From: an uncultured Bacteroidales bacterium
GTDB taxonomy: Bacteria; Bacteroidota; Bacteroidia; Bacteroidales; FEN-979
NCBI GenBank assembly: GCA_903959905.1
Contig: CAJBYO010000005.1
Span: forward strand, 148,674 to 212,673
Length of the DNA stretch: 64,000 nucleotides
Direction: 5' to 3'
Positions 17,539-24,007 of this stretch are shown piece by piece. Both the position numbers and the translations under genes were made by a program. The stretch's first letter is position 1; each line of letters starts with the position of its first letter. The notes beneath the pieces are model-generated. The model was not told the origin of the DNA and did not search any database. It worked only from the letters and a program-made list of their open reading frames with translations.

Positions 17539-19404
17539 CTAATCCAGTTTAAATGTTCTTTTCCATTTTTCTTTATTCTGCCATTCAGGCTGTTCTGTTT
17601 TGCAAAACAGAAAATCATTGATTACGAGGTAATCCATTTCAGTAGACATAAAACATCGGTATGCATCTTCAGGCGTACAAACAATAGGTTCGCCCCGCAC
17701 ATTGAAACTGGTATTCACCACAACCCCGTATCCTGTTTGTTGTTTAAAGGCATTGATCAATCCCCAATAACGCGGATTTGTTTCTTTATGCACGGTTTGT
17801 ATCCTTGCAGAAAAATCCAGATGTGTGACAGATTGAATGTCGCTTCGTTTGAAATACAACCTTTCCCAGAGAGGCAAATTTTCATAGTTGTTGGGGAGTT
17901 TTTCCCGTCGCTCCTCCTGCACGGGAGCCACCAGCAACATGTAAGGTGAATCTGCTTCCAGATTGAAATAAGTGGTAACATCTTCAATCAGTACGGAAGG
18001 AGCGAACGGACGAAATCCTTCGCGATACTTAATTTTAAGGTTGAGTTTTTTCTGCATTTCCGGATTCCTGGCATCGCCAATAATGCTTCTGTTCCCCAGT
18101 GCGCGGGGCCCAAATTCCATCCTTCCCTGAAACCACCCAACCACATTTCCTTCGGATATTTTCAAAGCAGCATACTCGCTCAGTTCGTCGAAGTGAGGAT
18201 ATTTCCGGTAGACCGCTTTCGCCATCCTGCTCATCAGTTCAACCTCTTTGTCAGAGTAAGCAGGCCCAAGGTATGCCCCCTGCATCTGATCAGTTTTGTT
18301 GTCTGCAACCCGGTTATGGTCAAAGTAAATGTAATTGACTGCCAGTGCTGCACCAAGGGCTCCACCTGCATCCCCGGCAGCAGGTTGAATGAAAATATTT
18401 TTGAAAATACCTTCTTTTAACAGTTTTCCATTTACAACGCAGTTCAGTGCAACACCACCAGCCAAACATAAATTTTCGGAACCCGTGATCCGTTTTGCCT
18501 CTTTGGCCAGCCTGAGAACGATTTCCTCTGTAACGGTTTGTATGGCAAGGGCAAGGTTGCAATGATGCTGTTGCAGTTCAGCCTCAGGCGTTCTCCTTGG
18601 GAAGCCAAACAGCGATTCCCATTTCTTATCAGGAACCATTCTCAATCCAGTTGCATAATCAAAATAGGACTGGTTGATCCAAATGGACCCGTCATCTTTG
18701 ATGTCAACAAGCCTGGTTTTAATGAGTTCTATGAACTCGGCAGTTTGTATTGACGAAGGATTACCATATGGAGCAAGGCCCATGAGTTTATATTCTCCGG
18801 AATTGACGGTAAATCCTATAAAATAGGTAAAAGCGCTATATAACAAGCCAATTGAATGGGGGAAATTCAATTCCTTTTCAATCCTGATCCGGTTACCCTC
18901 ACCATAACCGATAGAAGCCGTGCACCACTCGCCGACCCCATCAATGGTCAGTATTGCTGAAGAAACAAAGGGAGAGACAAAAAATGCGCTTGCTGAATGG
19001 GATAAATGATGCTCAGAGAAAAGCAGTGTAACACTTTTTTTTTGATAATTGCCAACCTCTTTGAGCCCGTTATAGATCAGGTTCTTTAAAAAGAGTTTTT
19101 CATTCAGCCAAACTGGTATGGCCTTCAGGAAGGAGGTCAATCCGCGAGGGGCAAATGAGACATAAGTTTCCAGTAATCGTTCAAATTTCAATAAGGGTTT
19201 GTCATAGAAAACAATGGCATCGAGTTCATCTATCGTATATCCTCCCTCTTCCAGGCAATACTTTATCGCGTTCACCGGGAAGTCGGGGGTGTGTTTGATA
19301 CGGGTGAACCGCTCTTCCTGCGCAGCCGCAACCACAACCCCATCTACGGTAAGTGCGGCGGCGGAATCATGGTAAAAAGCTGATATTCCGAGTATTATCT
19401 TCAT
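17539..19404 (-). CDS. NodU/CmcH-family carbamoyltransferase (SxtI-like)
   Basis: MKIILGISAFYHDSAAALTVDGVVVAAAQEERFTRIKH (ASKHA-type N domain), with the YrdC/Kae1-like C-terminal domain and C-terminal NTSFNVRGEPIVCTPEDA. The ORF opens at 19410 (TTG/GTG), but the ATG at 19404 is the likely start. Confidence 0.9.
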   Translation of the reverse strand: MKIILGISAFYHDSAAALTVDGVVVAAAQEERFTRIKHTPDFPVNAIKYCLEEGGYTIDELDAIVFYDKPLLKFERLLETYVSFAPRGLTSFLKAIPVWLNEKLFLKNLIYNGLKEVGNYQKKSVTLLFSEHHLSHSASAFFVSPFVSSAILTIDGVGEWCTASIGYGEGNRIRIEKELNFPHSIGLLYSAFTYFIGFTVNSGEYKLMGLAPYGNPSSIQTAEFIELIKTRLVDIKDDGSIWINQSYFDYATGLRMVPDKKWESLFGFPRRTPEAELQQHHCNLALAIQTVTEEIVLRLAKEAKRITGSENLCLAGGVALNCVVNGKLLKEGIFKNIFIQPAAGDAGGALGAALAVNYIYFDHNRVADNKTDQMQGAYLGPAYSDKEVELMSRMAKAVYRKYPHFDELSEYAALKISEGNVVGWFQGRMEFGPRALGNRSIIGDARNPEMQKKLNLKIKYREGFRPFAPSVLIEDVTTYFNLEADSPYMLLVAPVQEERREKLPNNYENLPLWERLYFKRSDIQSVTHLDFSARIQTVHKETNPRYWGLINAFKQQTGYGVVVNTSFNVRGEPIVCTPEDAYRCFMSTEMDYLVINDFLFCKTEQPEWQNKEKWKRTFKLD

Positions 19405-19917
19405 CACCAATTTGTAGTTTTATTTGTGCAATGGGGTGTAAAATTAATCTTAAATAGACTATGTTTTGATAGAGGTTAAAGAAATAATAAAATTTTTCAG
19501 GCTACAGTTTTCCACTCCGGGTCTCTTATTTCCTCCAGGTTATAGATCTGGGTAATGTTACGGATGTTTTTCATTCGTTGTATTGATGCATTTTGTCCAT
19601 TATGTAAAATTTCCGTATCCGGTTGAGTGAATTAAACAGTGGTTGCAATGGTTGGTCTGTATGCATCACGCGATACGCAACTTCCCATATTGATTGTCTT
19701 CATTAACAGCAAAAAGGTTTAGGGGTTGATTAACTGTATTTTCTAGTGATTAGGTGAACAGGCATGGCTTGTACAACAGAACAAGTTATTATTCTGAAAT
19801 TTAATTTGCCATAAAAATATACAAAATCAATAAAAATGGCAGTTATAGTCTGGTTTTTCTATTACCACCTTCGTTTTTCGGGTCGACTTGTATTGTCAAT
19901 GAGTAACCAGCCATTTC

Positions 19918-21519
19918 TTATTTCCGGCGAAACAACCGTAACGGTGCAAGCAGAATTCGCCCGGTCTTCCATGTACGTGAGTTTACCATCGAGTTGATTA
20001 CCTCTTTATGGGCGGCTACTTCAGACCTCAACTTTTCAATGTCAAGTTTGGTTTTATCAATTGCTTCGGCGTAATTTAAATCCTTTTCAGCGATGGTCCG
20101 TGCAAGGTGGTCAATGTGTTGCAGGTTTGACTCATTGATCTTCATGAACTCGTATTCTTTTTGCTGGTACATATCCCAGAATGACTTCTGTTCTGCATGC
20201 AGTGATTTGATAATCCCTTCGTAGCCACCTTTTATTGTTTCTACTGATTCTGAATGCACGGCTTTTATGTTAGCAATCAGCACCTCATATTCAGTTTTTA
20301 CTCGTGCCACATCCTGGTCATGGTTTGTTTTAAGGTCGGCGGCACGTTGATCATGCTTTAAATTCAAACTTGCAACTTCCTGGTTGTGTGCGGTTCGAAG
20401 TCCGGTGACAAATTGAGCATGTTCTGTCTTTAAATAGTTTATATACTGGTCGTATTCTGTTTTTAAATTCGAGATAATCTGACCATATTCTACTTTAAAA
20501 CCATTGACAGTCCGCTCGTGCATCTTCTCCATATTTTTAAGAATTGCGTAGTGTTCGGCTTTTATTGTTCTGAGTATATTTTCCTGTGCCGAATTCAAAT
20601 TTGTGATTTTCGCATCAAATTCTGATTTCAAAGCTGCTTTAGATTCTTCATGTTGCATTTGCATGACAGAAAATGATTCATTGAATTCTGATTGCTGATC
20701 GGCAACATGTTGATTGAGCCTGACTGTTTGTTCTTCTAATTCCCTGATACTACTGAGATATTCATTTTCCCGAAGTTTTGCCAACGGGTAAAAGAATGGA
20801 GATGTTCCCTGGTATAAATCACCATTATGTATGTCAAGGTCAAAGTATTTTACCACATTGTCAGGAAAATCAAGGTAAAGTGAATAATCACCTCCCTGGG
20901 ATGATTTGCCTCCAGTTGCAAAAAAAGCAATAATTTTTTCGGTATATGTGAATTTATACTTGGCCCAGCAGCGAAAATTGTAATCCCAGTCGGATGTAAC
21001 TTTATATTTTGTATTGTAATAACCAACAAGGCTTTTGACACTTTTAGGATACAATATGCTTTGATGGCATATATTCCATTTAAATAATTTTTCAAGCGTA
21101 AACGGCCCGTCATATATGGAATTGTCTTTTGCCCATGGCGCATCCCCTTTGATCATTACATTTCCATAGATGACGTGTTCTTCGCTGAACAATCCCTGTT
21201 CAAAAAGATCGGTCAGCACGTTTTCATTATAAAAGGTATCATCGGCACCCATGAAATAAATCCAGTCACCAGTACAAAGATCCATGCCCTTATTCATCGC
21301 ATGATAGATGCCCTCATCTTTTTCGGTTAACAACCGGATGTTTTTATGTTGCTTCTGATACTTGCGAATTGTTGGAAGTGTCTTATCTGTTGAGGCGCCA
21401 TCAACAATGATGTGCTCAATATTCGTATATGTCTGATTGGCTACCGACAAGAGGGTTGTCTCAATAGAATCCCCGATGTTAAATGTTGGGGTTATGATAG
21501 TAATCTTTGGTAGAAACAT
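19918..21519 (-). CDS. GT2 glycosyltransferase fused to a long hendecad-repeat helical domain and a basic amphipathic C-terminal tail
   Basis: The N-terminal ~230 aa is GT2 (ITIITPTFNIGDSIETTLLSVANQTYTNIEHIIVDGASTDKT, FMGADD). Residues ~286-450 hold 15 tandem 11-residue repeats. The C-terminal tail is NSRTWKTGRILLAPLRLFRRK. Confidence 0.8.
   Translation of the reverse strand: MFLPKITIITPTFNIGDSIETTLLSVANQTYTNIEHIIVDGASTDKTLPTIRKYQKQHKNIRLLTEKDEGIYHAMNKGMDLCTGDWIYFMGADDTFYNENVLTDLFEQGLFSEEHVIYGNVMIKGDAPWAKDNSIYDGPFTLEKLFKWNICHQSILYPKSVKSLVGYYNTKYKVTSDWDYNFRCWAKYKFTYTEKIIAFFATGGKSSQGGDYSLYLDFPDNVVKYFDLDIHNGDLYQGTSPFFYPLAKLRENEYLSSIRELEEQTVRLNQHVADQQSEFNESFSVMQMQHEESKAALKSEFDAKITNLNSAQENILRTIKAEHYAILKNMEKMHERTVNGFKVEYGQIISNLKTEYDQYINYLKTEHAQFVTGLRTAHNQEVASLNLKHDQRAADLKTNHDQDVARVKTEYEVLIANIKAVHSESVETIKGGYEGIIKSLHAEQKSFWDMYQQKEYEFMKINESNLQHIDHLARTIAEKDLNYAEAIDKTKLDIEKLRSEVAAHKEVINSMVNSRTWKTGRILLAPLRLFRRK
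20170..20664 (-). repeat. Protein-level tandem repeat: 15 x 11 aa (hendecads), consensus [LIVM]-K-T-E-[HY]-x-Q-x-[IV]-x-x
   Basis: In-register list: MQMQHEESKAA / LKSEFDAKITN / LNSAQENILRT / IKAEHYAILKN / MEKMHERTVNG / FKVEYGQIISN / LKTEYDQYINY / LKTEHAQFVTG / LRTAHNQEVAS / LNLKHDQRAAD / LKTNHDQDVAR / VKTEYEVLIAN / IKAVHSESVET / IKGGYEGIIKS / LHAEQKSFWDM. Confidence 0.85.
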
Positions 21520-21721
21520 ATTTTACTGTAATTGCTGATATATAACAGTATACACAAAGTGTTGGTTTTGGTATTTTAATGATAAACAGATTACAAAGCT
21601 AAGGATTCTTAAATAATGTTTTAGGATTGCCATGGTGAATTTAGAATAAAAAGGGCAACTGTGGTTTGGATCTTCAATATTAAAAAGGATATGTTTATTT
21701 CGGGATTTAATAAATTGTTTC

Positions 21722-21729
21722 TATTTTTG
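21722..21729 (+). promoter_or_regulatory. Putative -7 promoter box (TAnnTTTG)
   Basis: TATTTTTG at 21722-21729, 104 nt upstream of the ATG at 21833. Confidence 0.35.
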
Positions 21730-21748
21730 CAGCCTGAATGCGGAAATC

Positions 21749-21773
21749 TGCTGAAAAATTCAGCAATTCAGCA
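21749..21773 (+). promoter_or_regulatory. Small hairpin plus duplicated octamer in the 5' leader of the TPR lipoprotein gene
   Basis: tgctgaa-aaa-ttcagca (7-bp stem, 3-nt loop), directly followed by a second copy of attcagca. It has the same word/inverted-word grammar as the larger intergenic arrays. Confidence 0.4.
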
Positions 21774-21832
21774 AATCACTTAATTATCATCAAGACTGAC
21801 CTTAACAGAAAGTACCAATTAAACTGTATTTT

Positions 21833-22444
21833 ATGAAAAAAATTCTTTATCTGGCTGTTGCGCTGGTTTTTATCCTCAGTGCCTGTACTCAAAAAACCCC
21901 AAAAGAGCTCCTTGATTCGGCTGAAGCCAAGGTTAAAGCCGGTGAATTTAAAGAAGCAATTGTTGATTTTGATAAAGCAATTGAATTAGAACCGGGAAAT
22001 ACCCAGGCCCTTTTTCATCGTGGAAACACAAAGACTTGTGTGTCAGACTTCAAAGGCGCAATAGAAGATTATGGGAAAGTGCTCATTTTAGATCCGAAAG
22101 ATGGGAATGCCTACGCCTGCCGTGGAAACTGTAAAAAAATTACAAAGGATTATACAGGCGCAATTATAGAATTTGACAATGCAATGAAATTCAAGGTTAA
22201 TGAACCCGCAAAGGTTTATCAATTAAGGGGCTTCTGTAAAATGCAAACCGGCGATCTTCCTGGTTCGCAGGCAGACCTTGACAAGGCCATTGAACTCAAT
22301 CCAAATTCTGCTGATGCATTTTTATACAGGGGACAGCTGAAAATACAAACCGGCGTGTTACCAGAAGCCTGTGCTGACCTTGCCAAGGCTTCCGGGTTGG
22401 GGCAGAAGGAAGCAGATGACTTGATCAAGAAGCACTGCAAGTAG
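21833..22444 (+). CDS. TPR-repeat lipoprotein
   Basis: Lipoprotein signal MKKILYLAVALVFILSAC, then ~5 TPR-like units (..AIVDFDKAIELEPGNTQALFHRG.., ..DLDKAIELNPNSADAFLYRG..). Confidence 0.8.
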   Translation: MKKILYLAVALVFILSACTQKTPKELLDSAEAKVKAGEFKEAIVDFDKAIELEPGNTQALFHRGNTKTCVSDFKGAIEDYGKVLILDPKDGNAYACRGNCKKITKDYTGAIIEFDNAMKFKVNEPAKVYQLRGFCKMQTGDLPGSQADLDKAIELNPNSADAFLYRGQLKIQTGVLPEACADLAKASGLGQKEADDLIKKHCK

Positions 22445-22699
22445 GGGATTGGATTGGTTCATTATCGAGCGCAGTTAATTACTGTTTTGGTTTTTGATGG
22501 TCAACAGATCAACTAAGAAAGTTGGTTTCTACTGTATTTTTCTACAATGTCCAAAGCATTTCTGCATATTGTTGCCTTTTTAGTGTAAGCATGAAACCTA
22601 TTTTAGGATTTAAGACAAAAAATCACAGGTCATGCATCCCGGAGAATTCTGTGAAATACACTATTTTTACAGCTCATATGAATAAAAGCGGCTAATTGA

Positions 22700-24007
22700 A
22701 TGAATGATACCCGATTAATTGCCTTTTATCTGCCACAGTTTCATCCGATTCCGGAAAACGATGTTTGGTGGGGAAAAGGTTTTACGGAATGGAGAAATGT
22801 GGTTGCCGCCAAGCCTGTTTTCCCGGAACACTATCAGCCTCACTTACCGGCAGATCTGGGTTTTTACGACCTCCGTATACCCGAAGTCCGTGAAGCACAG
22901 GCTCAAATGGCCCGTGATCATGGGATTTACGGTTTCTGTTATTATTTCTATTACTTCAATGGCAAAAGGTTGTTGAACAGGCCATTGGATGAGAATCTTG
23001 CCTCTGGAAAACCGGATTTCCCTTTTTGCATATGCTGGGCCAATGAAAATTGGACCCGGAGATGGGATGGCAACGATTCGCATATCTTAATTGAACAGGT
23101 TCATTCACAGAAGGATGATATTGATTTTATTCATCAACTGATCCCTGTGTTAAAGGACAAGCGTTATATTCGTGTCAACAACAAGCTGTTACTGCTTGTT
23201 TACAGGGTGGATCGCATGCCGGAACCCCTGGAAACAGCCTCAACCTGGCGGGAAATCGTAAAAAAGGAACTCAATGCTGAGTTGTATCTGTGCGCAGTCA
23301 ATAACTTCGTGAAAGATATTGACCCTGTCAAGATAGGGTTTGATGGAACAGTTCAGTTTCCACTCGACTTTCATCCGAGTTGCCGGGTTGATATAGAACG
23401 ATTTGCCCAGGCCAATGAGCTTGATTTCGCAAACATAAAGGATCACTGGATCATTGATTACCCGAGAATAATCCAACAAATGGCCAGCCTGGAAAAACCC
23501 AGATATAAATTTTTCAGAGGGGTCTTTCCATCCTGGGACAATACGCCGAGAAGACAAAATTCCAGTGCGATTTTCATCAATTCTTCCCCCGACCTGTATA
23601 AACTATTTTTAAAGGCAACACTGGCACTTACCCGCGCTGAGCATGCAGGTGATGAACAACTGGTTTTCATTAATGCCTGGAATGAATGGGCAGAAGGAGC
23701 ACATCTGGAACCTGACCAAAAATACGGAATGAGATGGCTGGAAGCCACGAAGGAGGCAATGGATGAGGTTGATGATAAGGCTGATGCGTTGGAAGCACTT
23801 AGATCGCATTGTGGCGAAGACGCACTAAAAGTACCTGGTCTTTCCACACAATCCCAAAATGCACAGTTGCAATTTGAATCTCCTTTGAGTTCAGAAATTG
23901 ATGTAATATTAAATTCCTATACATTCAGGGCAGGTAAGTTGATCCTTTGGTTCCCAATCAGGATTCTCACTCTTTATAAACGGCTAACAAAGAAAAAACA
24001 TGAATAA
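22700..24007 (+). CDS. WbsX-family glycosyltransferase/glycoside-hydrolase-like protein (paralog 1, with C-terminal tail)
   Basis: IAFYLPQFHPIPENDVWWGKGFTEWRNV and CWANENWTRRWDG are the hallmark N-terminal blocks of the WbsX family. It carries an extra ~70-aa C-terminal extension ending NSYTFRAGKLILWFPIRILTLYKRLTKKKHE. Confidence 0.75.
   Translation: MNDTRLIAFYLPQFHPIPENDVWWGKGFTEWRNVVAAKPVFPEHYQPHLPADLGFYDLRIPEVREAQAQMARDHGIYGFCYYFYYFNGKRLLNRPLDENLASGKPDFPFCICWANENWTRRWDGNDSHILIEQVHSQKDDIDFIHQLIPVLKDKRYIRVNNKLLLLVYRVDRMPEPLETASTWREIVKKELNAELYLCAVNNFVKDIDPVKIGFDGTVQFPLDFHPSCRVDIERFAQANELDFANIKDHWIIDYPRIIQQMASLEKPRYKFFRGVFPSWDNTPRRQNSSAIFINSSPDLYKLFLKATLALTRAEHAGDEQLVFINAWNEWAEGAHLEPDQKYGMRWLEATKEAMDEVDDKADALEALRSHCGEDALKVPGLSTQSQNAQLQFESPLSSEIDVILNSYTFRAGKLILWFPIRILTLYKRLTKKKHE

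Noticed and set aside
19411-19917. Short minus-strand peptides (23-25 aa) in the 507-nt gap as real genes
   Set aside because: There are no recognisable motifs and no TM or signal features, and I cannot assess conservation. They are mentioned only as candidates in the findings.
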